This document shows, in pieces, positions 14,894 to 14,917 of a DNA stretch of 14,917 nt. Numbering within the stretch: the first letter of the stretch is position 1; each line of letters starts with the position of its first letter. The notes below the pieces were generated by a model. The model did no database searches. It was given only the letters and a program-made list of their open reading frames with translations, and was not told the origin of the DNA. The DNA lies in the NCBI GenBank assembly GCA_963709405.1, contig CAVPXM010000084.1, positions 1-14,917 of the forward strand, in the 5' to 3' direction. Source of the stretch: an uncultured Nitrososphaerales archaeon. GTDB lineage: Archaea > Thermoproteota > Nitrososphaeria > Nitrososphaerales > Nitrososphaeraceae. A program made the translations under genes and the position numbers.

Positions 14894-14917
14894 TGATGAA
14901 CGATATACATCATCCGA

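Noticed and set aside
1-14917. Stop-codon reassignment, CRISPR array, rRNA
   Set aside because: Intact genes end in TAA, TGA and TAG, and internal stops occur only in decayed sequence; no regularly spaced repeats or rRNA-like segments were seen.

Overview
AT-rich, gene-sparse window that reads like an accessory, decaying region of a soil ammonia-oxidising archaeon (Nitrososphaeraceae-like; inferred from protein family styles and archaeal TATA/BRE promoters, not from a marker gene). Apparently intact genes: a beta-rich domain fused in frame to a P-II protein, a complete ISH4-group IS1595 element (3580-4613, 26-bp imperfect TIRs, 8-bp TSD), a class I SAM methyltransferase, a 623-aa two-module DUF6895-like helical protein, a SnoaL-like ester cyclase and an atypical receiver domain. 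Much of the rest is pseudogene debris: an isoprenoid-synthase-like gene with an in-frame TAG, a YVTN repeat, the fumC N-terminus, frameshifted SHOCT and RHH genes, IS481 and IS1595 remnants and an integrase N-terminus. Best leads: (1) the tandem DUF6895-like enzyme with neighbouring methyltransferase and SnoaL genes as a possible unknown biosynthetic or modification system; (2) the barrel::P-II fusion whose linker retains a TATA box; (3) a 667-bp IS6 derivative built from two transposase 3' ends in inverted orientation, with perfect 17-bp TIRs, an 8-bp TSD and an internal 40-bp micro-inversion. No rRNA, tRNA or CRISPR array was seen. All family calls are by motif recognition only; no searches were run.
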